From an uncultured Bryobacterales bacterium (GTDB taxonomy: Bacteria > Acidobacteriota > Terriglobia > Bryobacterales > UBA6623): 64,000 bases of DNA. The notes under the pieces were generated by a model. It was not told the DNA's origin. It saw only the letters and a list, made by a program, of their open reading frames with translations, and made no database searches. Shown here piece by piece: positions 49,500 through 59,230 of the stretch; position 1 is the stretch's first letter, and the number at the start of each line of letters is the position of its first letter. The position numbers and the translations under genes were made by a program. The stretch lies in the NCBI GenBank assembly GCA_951813605.1, contig OX638379.1, positions 3,730,062-3,794,061 on the forward strand, in the 5' to 3' direction.

Positions 49500-51219
49500 G
49501 CCGGTTCGTTTCCTCGCGGCCGCCCTGGCGATTGCGGCCTCGCTGCTCGTCGTGTCGGCGGCCTTCCCTGCATCCAAGAGGGAACTGGCCGCTAGCCGCT
49601 ATCGGCGAGCGTCGCAGCTGCACGCGGACTTGCGGCAGGTTCCCCGGCTCGAGTTGGGGCTCAAGCAGTACGAATTGGTGATATCGGCGTTCGATGCCGT
49701 GCCGAAGACCGATCCGTCGAGCGGCTACTGCGACGACGCCCTGATGGCGATTGGCGAGCTGTACGAAGCCATGGCCGAGCGGTTCGGCGGGGACAAGTTC
49801 CGCCTGCGGGCAGCCGAGACCTACACCTTCGCGGCTCGCGAGTACCCTCACAGCAAGCATCGGGCGACGGCGCTGGCCAGCGCCGCGCGGCTTGGCGGCG
49901 CATCGCCTGCAAGACGCGTTGTCCCCGCGCCGCAGCAGGCTGTCTCGGCCTCGACAGCGGATGCCACCCCAAGAGCCGCGGCCCTTTCGGACGCCAGCCA
50001 TCCGGCCGGCAAGGTCGTTCGTCCCCCTGGCCCCCCCGTCTCGGGAAGCCGGCCCGTCGCAATCACCCAAATCCGCCATCACAGCTACGACGACGGCACC
50101 AGGATCGTCTTGAACATCGGGGGCAGGACGCCGCTCAAGTACGACCGGCTGCAGCGGCCCGAGCGGCTTTACATCGACTTGTTCGGCAGTAGGATGTCCG
50201 CTTCGCTGATCAAGGGCATCGAACTTGGCGTCGGCGATGCGCTGCTCTCCTCTGCCCGCCTGGCCCAGAATCGAACGAACAAGGCGCGCCTAGTGCTCGA
50301 CTTGAAACGTCCGGTATCCTTCGATGCCTTCTGGTTGGATAGTCCCGGACGCTTGGTCTTGGACATCAGGGCGTCGGGGACACCTAGATCTCCCCGCACC
50401 GTGCAGGCCCTGAACCCCGCTAGCCCCGACGCGGTCACGCCGCGAGCGGCCCAAACGACTGCCGATGGCAAGCACAGCTTGACACGCGCGCTCGGCCTCA
50501 AGCTCGGCCGGATTCTTATCGATCCGGGTCACGGCGGACACGACACAGGGTCGATCGGACACCGAGGGCTGAAAGAAAAGGATGTCGTTCTGGACATCTC
50601 CAAGCGCCTCGGCCGATTGCTAGGGGAAAAGCTCGGCGCGGAGGTGCTGTTGACGAGGGAAGCGGATGTCTTCGTGCCCTTGGAAGACCGCACGAAATTG
50701 GGGAACAAGAGGGGAGCCGACCTGATGATCTCGATCCATTGCAACTCGGCGCGGAGTTCCAACGTGCGCGGGATCGAGACTTACTACCTCAATTTCACTT
50801 CGGATTCGTGGGAACTGAGTGTGGCCTCGAACGAGAACGCGGCCGCGAGGCGCTCGGTTCACGAGTTGCAGGACCTGTTGTCCAAGATCGCCCGCAAGGA
50901 CAACATAGATGAGTCCAAGGAATTCGCCTCGAGAGTGCAATCAAGGCTCCACGCTGGTATTTCAAGGCACTCGTCCAGCATCAAGAACCGCGGGATCCGC
51001 AAGGCGCCGTTCGTTGTTCTGATTGATGCCGAGATGCCCGCCGTGCTGGCAGAAATCGGGTTCATTAGCAACAGGACCGATGAAAGCCTCCTGCGCAAGG
51101 CGTCCTTTCGAGAGGAGGTCGCGGAGTATCTGTTTCAAGGCATCTCGGACTACGCCCGCAGTCTCGGCTTGATGACGCAGGACAGGTCCCGGTCCGCCGG
51201 TTCAGCCCTCCAAGATTGA
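49492..51219 (+). CDS. amiC: N-acetylmuramoyl-L-alanine amidase (AmiC-like: N-terminal helical region + AMIN domain + Amidase_3)
   Basis: Signal MNRPVRFLAAALAIAASLLVVSA. AMIN-like VAITQIRHHSYDDGTRIVLNIGG...ERLYIDLFGS. Amidase_3 ILIDPGHGGHDTGSIG...LMISIHCNS...GIETYYLN...VLAEIGFISN. The ATG overlaps the SLT stop (ATGAATAG). Confidence 0.88.
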   Translation: MNRPVRFLAAALAIAASLLVVSAAFPASKRELAASRYRRASQLHADLRQVPRLELGLKQYELVISAFDAVPKTDPSSGYCDDALMAIGELYEAMAERFGGDKFRLRAAETYTFAAREYPHSKHRATALASAARLGGASPARRVVPAPQQAVSASTADATPRAAALSDASHPAGKVVRPPGPPVSGSRPVAITQIRHHSYDDGTRIVLNIGGRTPLKYDRLQRPERLYIDLFGSRMSASLIKGIELGVGDALLSSARLAQNRTNKARLVLDLKRPVSFDAFWLDSPGRLVLDIRASGTPRSPRTVQALNPASPDAVTPRAAQTTADGKHSLTRALGLKLGRILIDPGHGGHDTGSIGHRGLKEKDVVLDISKRLGRLLGEKLGAEVLLTREADVFVPLEDRTKLGNKRGADLMISIHCNSARSSNVRGIETYYLNFTSDSWELSVASNENAAARRSVHELQDLLSKIARKDNIDESKEFASRVQSRLHAGISRHSSSIKNRGIRKAPFVVLIDAEMPAVLAEIGFISNRTDESLLRKASFREEVAEYLFQGISDYARSLGLMTQDRSRSAGSALQD

Positions 51220-51232
51220 GAGCCAGCGCGAC

Positions 51233-52294
51233 TTACCGAGCTTTGGACGAGATGCCGGCGTCTGTGGCGAATCGAAGAGCCTTCTTGCTGATCGTCGCTA
51301 GCGGGAGCCGGCGTAGATCCGACAGCGCGACCCAGAGATAGGCCGACCGCTGACTGCTTTCGGCGCGCGCCTCGTATACCCGGCAAGCGTAATTCGTATT
51401 GGTGATCGCATGCGAAAACGCACCCAGCTCCCTGGCAACGCTCCTGCCGAGTGGCCCGAAATCGCGCAATGCCCCTGGAGGGCCCTCTACGGCGGGCAAT
51501 TCCCAGAAGCCTGGCATGATCGAGGCGTCGGCCGGCCGCTGGCGTACCAGCACTCGGTCGCCGCGCCGGGCAATGACGATCGAGACTTCGACCTTGCGCG
51601 GCGCCCGGCGCCGGCCTTTGACAGGCAACTCGGGCGCGCTCCCAGAGGCGAAGCCCTCGCACGCGGCATTCCATGGGCACTCCGCGCAGTGCGGGGCGCG
51701 AGGGATGCAAGTTGTCGCTCCCAGTTCCATCAGCGCTTGCGTCAACGCACCGCGCTGGCCTGGCGGCGCCGTCGCCATCAGCGATTCGGCCAGCGCCTTC
51801 AAAGCCCGCTTGCACGCTGCGCCTCGTATGTCCCGCCGGTCGTCCGCGAACCTCGCCAGCACTCGCAGCGCATTGCCGTCAAGGGCCACGCGCGGCTGGT
51901 CGAACGCGATGCTCGTGATCGCGGCCGCCGTGTACTCGCCGATCCCGGGCAGGCTCAGTATGGTTCTGTAGTCGCTAGGCCATCGCCCTCCGTACTCGCC
52001 GGCTACGCGCTTCGCAGCGTCGTGCAGCATGCGGGCGCGACGGTAGTAGCCGAGCCCCGCCCAGTTCGCCAGCACCTCCTGCCGGGGCGCGGCCGCTAGA
52101 GCCTCCACTGTCGGGTAGCGGCGGAGGAAACGCTCGAAATAGGGCACCACGGCCTCCACGCGAGTCTGCTGGAGCATGACCTCCGAGACCCAAACGTGGT
52201 ACGGATCCGTCGTGCGGCGCCAAGGCAGATCACGATGGCTGCTGCTGTACCAGTCCAGGAGCCGCCGGACCAGCTCCGCGGGAGGCGTTCTCAC
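51233..52294 (-). CDS. mutY: A/G-specific adenine DNA glycosylase
   Basis: [45 protein letters not shown]...GLGYYRRAR...[12 protein letters not shown]. 4Fe-4S motif [18 protein letters not shown]-terminal NUDIX-like part. The proposed GTG start at 52294 overlaps the upstream TGA (GTGA). Confidence 0.9.
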   Translation of the reverse strand: MRTPPAELVRRLLDWYSSSHRDLPWRRTTDPYHVWVSEVMLQQTRVEAVVPYFERFLRRYPTVEALAAAPRQEVLANWAGLGYYRRARMLHDAAKRVAGEYGGRWPSDYRTILSLPGIGEYTAAAITSIAFDQPRVALDGNALRVLARFADDRRDIRGAACKRALKALAESLMATAPPGQRGALTQALMELGATTCIPRAPHCAECPWNAACEGFASGSAPELPVKGRRRAPRKVEVSIVIARRGDRVLVRQRPADASIMPGFWELPAVEGPPGALRDFGPLGRSVARELGAFSHAITNTNYACRVYEARAESSQRSAYLWVALSDLRRLPLATISKKALRFATDAGISSKAR

Positions 52295-52677
52295 GCGCCC
52301 TCGAGCGCCGCGCGGAAGTAGTCGGCGTTCGTCTCGCTCATGAAGTTGGCGCTCATTCCCTTGAGCCGGGCGGCTTCGCAGTCCGATCTGTTCGTGCAGC
52401 TGTCGAACACCAGTTCCCGGATGACGGGCAGCGCTGTGGCGCGCCACGGCTCAAGGACGATGGTGTCCCCGTTGTGAAGCGATCTCATGTGCAACGGGGA
52501 GATCGTGGTGCCGAGTTCGGTGAGCGAGGCGCCCGCCGAGGAGCCCGCGAGGCCCCAGCAGACCACGATGACGCGGTACTTGGAGTTGTTCGGCGGGTTA
52601 CACGGCTTGATGCCTCGAGGCTGGCGCTCCCACTGCTGCTCGATCGGACCGGATGGGACGTTGGATCGCAGCTCCAT
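52291..52677 (-). pseudogene. sdhA: N-terminal 129-codon remnant of a succinate dehydrogenase/fumarate reductase flavoprotein gene (type-B SdhA/FrdA)
   Basis: [56 protein letters not shown] matches, from memory, the characteristic N-terminus of Bacteroides/Bacillus-type FrdA/SdhA (M.L.S.IP.GP...KW.......KLVNPANKRK..VIVVG.GLAG.SAA..L.ELG). The GxGxxG glycine reads CWG. The following ~70 residues are only weakly similar, and the frame stops about 500 codons short. Confidence 0.6.
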
Positions 52678-53376
52678 CGATCGGCGCACCTCGTTGCGGG
52701 GTTGGATCATGCCGGGCAGGCGGGCCAGCGGGGATGAGAAATCACCAAGCACCGCTATTGCTGCGAGAAGGCGCCCGCCGCCTTCTATCACCGAATGGAA
52801 TCTCGGCCCGTTCAACCCGACGCTTCGCAACGCGCTGCCAATGCCGAGGGCGATGTCCAGTCCCAACAGCGGCATGCCGACGATTTAGCATATCGCTCCC
52901 GGCGGATCCCGAAAGCCGAGGACGACCAACAAGTAAGCGTCGTGCCGCCCGCGGCGGTCATGGAGCCGGAAATGATCTGGGTGCGTGACACCACCTGCGG
53001 AATGCAACAGATGGCACACCACGAACGCTAGCATTACAGAGCCGGTCAGCGGCGTGTGGCGCGACTCGAAGGTAGATGTTAGCGGGCGCTCTTCTTGCCG
53101 TCTCGTGCGGAACCCGCAGCCCGGTTCCGAAGCGACAGGATGGCGATCCCTCGCACGCGAACCGCCAACGCGACAAGGAGGCCGACTCGAGCGATCCAAA
53201 GCAACACACCGGTGCTCTTGATGGCTTCAGCGGAAGAGTTGATCGCGTCAGGCCCGAGTTAGACCTGCGAGTTCCCCCATGTAGAACAACCCGGATTTGA
53301 CTAGGGCCGCCGGCGACGTGACTGCCACGTACTTGATCCCGACCGTCTGGTTGAGGGTGCGGTTGGCGGCCATCAT
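52678..53376 (-). pseudogene. sdhC: decayed dihaem cytochrome b subunit gene (SdhC/FrdC, b558 type), several frameshifts
   Basis: Four successive frame segments on the minus strand read:
1. MMAANRTLNQTVGIKYVAVTSPAALVKSGLFYMGELAGL
2. GPDAINSSAEAIKSTGVLLWIARVGLLVALAVRVRGIAILSLRNRAAGSAR
3. TPLTGSVMLAFVVCHLLHSAGGVTHPDHF..DAYLLVVLGFRDPP
4. [24 protein letters not shown]...
These are colinear with the family pattern as I recall it. The total span of 699 nt fits a ~230-aa SdhC. Confidence 0.55.
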
Positions 53377-53707
53377 CCCCAGTGCCCTCTTCCGCGGAGG
53401 GGATTGCAATTCTGGAAACTAAGATTCGTCGATTTAGGCACGACGGCGTCGGAAGGTTTAGCTACACACTGCCTCGAGCGGCGAGACAGCCCAGTGCACC
53501 GCCCGCACGCAGCACAGTGTCTGCTTCACTAGCCCACCAATGCTGCAGTCCATTCGCTAGCGCTTCTGTCGCTCCGGCGATGCATAGTGGGAAAGCCCGA
53601 GAGGCGAGGTACACCCCTCGGGCAAGCCAAGACGCCCGAAACGGGGCACCCGACTTCAATCAATCTGTAAGCAACTTAGACCGGCAAGCGCGTCTTGCGG
53701 GACTTTG

Positions 53708-54019
53708 CTAGCTAGCCTTCTTGACGCTTTCGATCGAGGTGATCTTCATCCCCTCAACCATTCCCATGACGGTGACCTTCGCACCGGCATGATCCTTGAC
53801 CTTGGCCTGGTCGGCCACTTCGTAGATCTTGCCGTCCGCAGTCACAACCACAGCCGCTTCGCCGCCACCGATGCAACCCTTCGCGCAACCGGCGTGCGCT
53901 TCACCGGCCTTACCGGCCTTGGCGCACTTCATGTCAGTCACGTAGCCCGTGACCGAGCCGCCGAAGCAAAGCGCGGTGACAGCAAGCATCAACACGAGCA
54001 GTGTGAGCAGTCTCTTCAT
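53708..54019 (-). CDS. small secreted Cys-containing protein, unknown function
   Basis: AAGGAG SD, then ATG 54019. MKRLLTLLVLMLAVTALCFG signal. Mature ~83 aa with MKCAK...HAGCAKGCIGGG and a beta-rich tail (KIYEVADQAKVKDHAGAKVTVMG). Confidence 0.6.
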   Translation of the reverse strand: MKRLLTLLVLMLAVTALCFGGSVTGYVTDMKCAKAGKAGEAHAGCAKGCIGGGEAAVVVTADGKIYEVADQAKVKDHAGAKVTVMGMVEGMKITSIESVKKAS

Positions 54020-54299
54020 TTTGGTTCTCCTTTGTCCGGCGCATGCAATGGCCGGAAGGGTCAGCATACATTACGCGAGCAATCGCGTCAAGCCTTGCAA
54101 CCGCCCGAATTGGGATTCTGGAGAGGAATTTGGGCCGCCTCGTCAACGCCGGAGCGGCACCGGCAAAGGAGGTTGCATGCTTACCCCACTAGATGGCTGG
54201 AAGACAGCGGGCCGACACGAACGTTCACGCCGTCGCCGACTGCCGTCGAACAAGGACGGCCTCTCGAACTCGCAAGAGCCGAGCCGGCAGGTACCGTTC

Positions 54300-54511
54300 C
54301 CACGTCGCATCGCACCGCAATCGAACACGTAGAAGAACTTCTTGAAGCGGTTCTGCCGGCTGCGACGAATCTGCTGCGCTCGGGCGCGACGCTGGATACG
54401 ATTGGCACGCTCCTCCGACACCACTCGCCGGATGCCACGGTCATCTATGCGAAAGTCGACACCCGCATGCTGCAAGAGCTGGCGCACGCATGGATCCGAG
54501 ACGTTCGATGA
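54300..54511 (+). pseudogene. 3' remnant of a tyrosine recombinase gene
   Basis: ...AATNLLRSGATLDTIGTLLRHHSPDATVIYAKVDTRMLQELAHAW is the C-terminal LLxxGxxLxxIxxLLxHxSxxxTxIYxKV tyrosine motif. Upstream sequence does not give an intact catalytic domain. Confidence 0.55.
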
Positions 54512-55269
54512 CGCTGCAGGATCGCGTTGCGCGGTATGTCGCTCTGCGACGGCACCCAGGGGCCAAGCGGGCCGATGTCGAGCGGATGCTGCTGGACTAC
54601 GCAGGCCACGCCGCCAGGTGCGGCGACGCCTTCGCCCTTGCCTCCGGAATGCTCGATTGGGACTCCGCGGCACGCTCGCCCGGGGAAAAGCGCAGGAGGC
54701 GGGGCGCCGCGGGCGGTTTCGCAGCCTGGCTGCAGGCAGAGGATCGGCGCCACGCAGTGCGAGCAGTTGATGGAAGCCGCGTTGCGGCTGCCGCCAGCGG
54801 GCTCGATCTCGCCGCGTACGTACCGCGGCCTGTTCGGACTCCTGCCAGCGACGGGCCTGCAGCGGTCGGAGGCGATCGCCTTGCGGCTAGACGACATCAC
54901 TGCGGACGGACTGGTGGTCCGGGCAGCCAAGTTCCGCAACTCGAGGCTCGTGCCCCTCCACCGGAGCACGCAGGACGCTCTGCGGAAATATGTCGCGCTA
55001 CCCACGAGCAAGGGTGGCGAGGACGGCCGTCTGCTCGTGCTGTCGACTGGCCGGGCTTCGGCTCCGATCACTGTCACCAAGGCGTTCACGCAGGTCGCGC
55101 GACAGGTCGGACTCCGTGGCGAGCCAGGCGAGCCCGGGGCGCCAGCCGCTACACGGACGCAAGCTACGCGGCCAGCTTCCAGCTGCTGGTGTGTTTCGCC
55201 AACCACACTGCCAAGCCACTGGCTTCACCTGAAAGCGACGGGTTCCCACCATCCCCGGAGGGGCACTAA
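54490..55269 (+). pseudogene. frameshifted, 3'-truncated tyrosine recombinase gene overlapping the previous one
   Basis: The first frame reads MTLQDRVARYVALRRHPGAKRADVERMLLDYAGH...GFAAWLQAEDRRH. After a shift near 54750-54770 the second frame reads ...LMEAALRLPPAGSISPRTYRGLFGLLPATGLQRSEAIALRLDDITADGLVVRAAKFRNSRLVPLHRSTQDALRKY. The HxxR/Y part of the catalytic domain is missing or degenerate. The remnant ends where the convergent TIM-barrel gene ends. Confidence 0.65.
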
Positions 55270-56165
55270 TAAGACTTCAACGCTTTCTCGTCGCCAAGTG
55301 CGTTTAATAGCTTCTTGAGGCCATCGATGTTCTGCTTAAGACTCAATTCGGCATCCAACTCGTCGCGATGATCAAGGATCCCCACAGGACCGTCGTACCC
55401 ACTGTCCCGCACCACCTGCAACATCTTGAGTTCGTGGTCGCCTTCACCCAGGGGCAGGATCTTCGGGCCTCCTTTCCGCATGCCGTTCAGATTCAGGCAG
55501 AGCAGGTGGGGTTTCGTCATCTCCAGCAGCGCCGGAAACCGGTCGATGTGCTCATGGCCATGATGGAAGTTGTAAACAATGCCCACATTGTCCATCCTTA
55601 TCCGGTTGATGATCGCGATCTGGTTCTCTGGCTCTCCGAACCAGCCACCATGGTTATACAGTCCCACCGAGCACTCCAGTTCTTTCGCCCTTTTTGCGAT
55701 ATAGGAGACAACCTTGGCCGTCCGTGCAATCCTCTCTTCCTGACCGAGTTGGTCAAACTCCTTGGAGCCGCTTAGCAGCGTCCACAGTTGCGTCTTGAGC
55801 CCGCGACGCTCGATCAGATCGAAGATCGTGTGAATCACGGTGTCTTTCTCCGGCTCCATGTTGCTCGACATCCAGAAAGCCGTGAGTTCAATGCCGTGCT
55901 TTTGGAGCGCGTCAATCTCTTGGTCAAACGTGCGGATATGCTGGTCTCGGAAATCGTAGGCCAATCTCTTGATACCGAGTCGACCCAACATTTGCGCTCG
56001 CTCTTCCGGGCCGCGGCTCGCAGCGTCGAACGGCACGATGCACCACGCCACTAGGTTGTCCTTGACGAAGATGGACGGCCTGTCTGCACCTGAGACTTGC
56101 GACGCTGTGGCGGCAACGAGCAGGACCAGCGCGAGCGCAGGAGAAATACGGATGCTTTGTTTCAT
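55266..56165 (-). CDS. secreted xylose-isomerase-like TIM-barrel protein (sugar phosphate isomerase/epimerase family)
   Basis: AGGAGG followed 8 nt later by ATG 56165. MKQSIRISPALALVLLVAATASQVSGA signal. ...GIKRLAYDF..., VGLYNHGGWFGEP, IVYNFHHGHEH. Confidence 0.85.
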   Translation of the reverse strand: MKQSIRISPALALVLLVAATASQVSGADRPSIFVKDNLVAWCIVPFDAASRGPEERAQMLGRLGIKRLAYDFRDQHIRTFDQEIDALQKHGIELTAFWMSSNMEPEKDTVIHTIFDLIERRGLKTQLWTLLSGSKEFDQLGQEERIARTAKVVSYIAKRAKELECSVGLYNHGGWFGEPENQIAIINRIRMDNVGIVYNFHHGHEHIDRFPALLEMTKPHLLCLNLNGMRKGGPKILPLGEGDHELKMLQVVRDSGYDGPVGILDHRDELDAELSLKQNIDGLKKLLNALGDEKALKSY

Positions 56166-57173
56166 GTTCATACCTCCTATTGGGTATTGGGGACACCTGC
56201 GCAACGCTGTTTTGGGAACGGTTCCTTCCCTTCCGGATCCATGGCTGCAATGCGTCGGCGAGTTCGTTTGACAGTCTCGGGATTCTCGTCGCAGAGATCA
56301 TCCTCTCTCGTACGGATCGCAAGCGATCTCGACCGGACGCGGTCGTATCGAAAGCGGCCTTCCGCCCGCGTGGGCTGGAAAAGACGCCGGTGTAGGAGCG
56401 GGCAAGAAGCTCTACCGAGTGTTGACGGCGACCTCCAGCCGGTCCAAGGCCTCCGCGATCTGCCCAGCGTTCTTGTCTCACACCGAAAGCTGCCCCGGCC
56501 CTTGGCACTCAATCGCTGGGCGCGGTTCCGAGGGGAGTGCGGATGGGCTACCGGCAGGCATACCAATCAACGAGCGGACCGCGCCACGAGAGCAAACTGT
56601 GCTTGCGGACCGTACAGGAAACACCAGAGCAATCATAGTCTACAAGGAGCGACTAATAGGGGAGGGCCTAGCGCTGCCCCATAGCTGACGCTGCAGTCGG
56701 CGAGCCCGGAGAATCCCGGGGGGTCGGCGGGCAGGCATAGGGACCGGAGGGGCGCAACCGAGGGTTGGGGGCCGGCCCGGCGCTGGCCGTCACGTCACGG
56801 GCAGCGGAATCAGTGCGCCCCCTGACTGGACGGCGGCAGACGTTCAACCAGCTTGATATTCTGTTCGGAGAGAGGCTGCGAGGCACAACATGGGTCCAAT
56901 CTCACATCGGGAACTTACGCAGTTAATCTGATATTCCCGCATCCTCTAAACCCGTTCTAATCCGTCAAATGCCATTTCTAAGTGTCGAAGATGAGAAACA
57001 GCACCGCATCGGCCGCCGGGCGCGGAATGCCCGGCTGCACCTGATCTGGGATCTCGGCCTCCTGGCTCAACAGCCTTATGAGGACTTCGACCAGATAAGA
57101 GAACGCGCCACTGGGAGTGTTTTCGAAGTGCACTGGACCAGACGTGCATTCATCCGCTTGCTCCCATCCGCAA

Positions 57174-58337
57174 CTAGGTGACTGGCACCTGCACCCGGCG
57201 GCCTTCGCCGGCCGATTCCAGCGCAGCGTCTAGAACCTGCATTTCGCGCACTGCGTCGTAGAAGTTCGGCCGGATCCCCTTACCCTTGTGAATGGCAGTC
57301 AAGAAGTCCGCCATCGCATGGACAAAGGTGTGTTCATATCCAATGATGTGACCCGGAGGCCACCAGCGTCCCGCGTAGGGATGCAGCTCCTCGGTGGCGA
57401 GGATCGTACGGAATCCCTGGGTATGTGCCGCGTCCATTGTGGAGAAGTACCGGAGCTCATTCATGCGCTCCAGGTTGAACGCCAAGCTGCCGCCGCTGCC
57501 GTAAATTTCGAAGCAATTGTAGTTCTTTCGTCCAGGTGCAAACCGCGACGATTCGAAGGAGCCCAGCGCTCCATTGGCAAATTCTGCCAGCACAAACGCC
57601 GCATCGTCTACCGTAACCTCACCCATTTCCTGCGAGCTGGACCCGGCCTGGAACGCGCCACTGGTCCCCTCGAAAGGCAAGGGCCGTTCCCTAATAAATC
57701 GTGCCGTCATGGCACTCACGCTTGCGATTTCGCCCACCAAGTAACGGGCTAGGTCAACCAGATGAGAGTTCAGATCGGAGTGGGCTCCGGAGCCCGCGCG
57801 CTCCTTGCGCAGCTGCCAGGTAAGCGGAAAGTCTTCGTCGGTGATCCACGACTGCAGATAGGCCCCCCGCCAATGGAAGACGCGCCCGATCGCACCCTCG
57901 TCGACAAGTTGCTTTGCCAGCGCGACAGCGGGACATCGACGGTAATTGTGGTTGAGATAATGCACGATCCCGGCCTTCGCCGCAGCCTCGCACATCTCGA
58001 TGGCCTGTCTAGAGTCAAGGGCCGCAGGTTTCTCGCAAAACAGGTGCTTGCCAGCTTTCGCCGCTTCTACCGCAATGTCGCGGTGCAGATGCGTCGGCAC
58101 AGCAATATCCACGACATCCACGTCGTCGCGCGTGACCGCGTCCCGCCAGTCCGTCGTGATCGATTCCCACCCCCAGGTCTCGGCCAAGTTTCGGAGCGGC
58201 CCCTCGTGAACGGCGCAAGCGACCTTGAGTATGGGCGCGAACGGGACGTCGAAGAATTGTGCCACCTTCGCCCAGGCATTGCTATGCGCCTTGCCCATGA
58301 AACGGCTTCCGATCAACGCGACGTTCAATGGTTTCAC
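57174..58337 (-). CDS. Gfo/Idh/MocA family oxidoreductase
   Basis: MKPLNVALIGSRFMGKAHSNAW Rossmann N-terminus. ...VDIAVPTHLHRDIAVEAAKAGKHLFCEKP. C-terminal alpha/beta domain. Confidence 0.9.
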   Translation of the reverse strand: MKPLNVALIGSRFMGKAHSNAWAKVAQFFDVPFAPILKVACAVHEGPLRNLAETWGWESITTDWRDAVTRDDVDVVDIAVPTHLHRDIAVEAAKAGKHLFCEKPAALDSRQAIEMCEAAAKAGIVHYLNHNYRRCPAVALAKQLVDEGAIGRVFHWRGAYLQSWITDEDFPLTWQLRKERAGSGAHSDLNSHLVDLARYLVGEIASVSAMTARFIRERPLPFEGTSGAFQAGSSSQEMGEVTVDDAAFVLAEFANGALGSFESSRFAPGRKNYNCFEIYGSGGSLAFNLERMNELRYFSTMDAAHTQGFRTILATEELHPYAGRWWPPGHIIGYEHTFVHAMADFLTAIHKGKGIRPNFYDAVREMQVLDAALESAGEGRRVQVPVT

Positions 58338-59230
58338 GGCGCCCCAACCCGCTCTGCCGACGCGGGCTTGTTCGAGACTGCGGCCACAATTCTCTTGAGT
58401 TCCTTTACGCTGGCTTCAACGGCGGCATCTTCGTCCCCGCCATAGGCGGGGTGGAGAAAATCGATCTCTACCGCCAGGAACCCCTCGTAACCGGCTTCGC
58501 TGAGAAGACGAGCCAACTCCACGTTGTCAACCACACCATCGCCCACCGGGGTGCAGGAGAAAAAGTACCACTCATCCGCCGGCACGCCCTCCTGCACTTT
58601 CAGGTCTTTGATGTGGGTGGCATAGACGAATCGGGCCAACTTCTTCATCCCCTTTACGGGGTCATCCAGCAGCCGCAGGAAGTTTCCCGTGTCGAAGTTG
58701 AGGCCCAGATAGGGCGAGTCAACTGCATTCAGGAGCTGAAGGATCTCGTCCGACGTGAAGTCGATATGATTCTCCAATGCCATCCTGATCCCGTAGTCTT
58801 CGGCCACCGGGACCGCCTTCCGGAACATCGCCGTCAGTCGTTGGATCTGGGGGCCGTGTGGCTCATTCCGGAACATGAGGCTGCTGCCAACCACGCGCAT
58901 CACCCGGGCGCCGATGTTGCGCGCATGTTCGAAGCTTTCGATCATCTCTTCAAACGCCTCGCTGTTCCCTCCCCCTTCGAGCCCGTCGGGATGCCCCCAG
59001 GCATAGACCCGGTCCATGCCGTAGTCTTCAAGGCGGTCCCTCACGCTGCTCAGGTATCCCGGATCCTTGTTTGGGATGAAACAAGATTCCAGGGAGACAC
59101 CGTCCACGCCAAGCGCTTGGGCGCGATCGAGAAAGTCCTCGAGCGTCATTGTGCGCGGTGGCGTGGCCTGCTGCGGATAGATCTCGCCGAAAAAACGGTG
59201 GTAGCAGTAGCTGTCGATTCCGATCTTCAT
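58334..59230 (-). CDS. xylose-isomerase-like TIM-barrel protein (sugar phosphate isomerase/epimerase)
   Basis: MKIGIDSYCYHRFFG...LGVDGVSLE...RMALENH...NFDTGNF...ATHIKD. The 4-nt overlap with the downstream oxidoreductase start indicates an operon. Confidence 0.88.
   Translation of the reverse strand: MKIGIDSYCYHRFFGEIYPQQATPPRTMTLEDFLDRAQALGVDGVSLESCFIPNKDPGYLSSVRDRLEDYGMDRVYAWGHPDGLEGGGNSEAFEEMIESFEHARNIGARVMRVVGSSLMFRNEPHGPQIQRLTAMFRKAVPVAEDYGIRMALENHIDFTSDEILQLLNAVDSPYLGLNFDTGNFLRLLDDPVKGMKKLARFVYATHIKDLKVQEGVPADEWYFFSCTPVGDGVVDNVELARLLSEAGYEGFLAVEIDFLHPAYGGDEDAAVEASVKELKRIVAAVSNKPASAERVGAP

Noticed and set aside
54177-54332. An AAAGGAGG-led 51-codon ORF (MLTPLDGWKTAGRHERSRRRRLPSNKDGL…) upstream of the recombinase relic.
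   Set aside because: It is highly basic and low-complexity, and it lies inside degenerate recombinase DNA. The SD-like string alone is insufficient.
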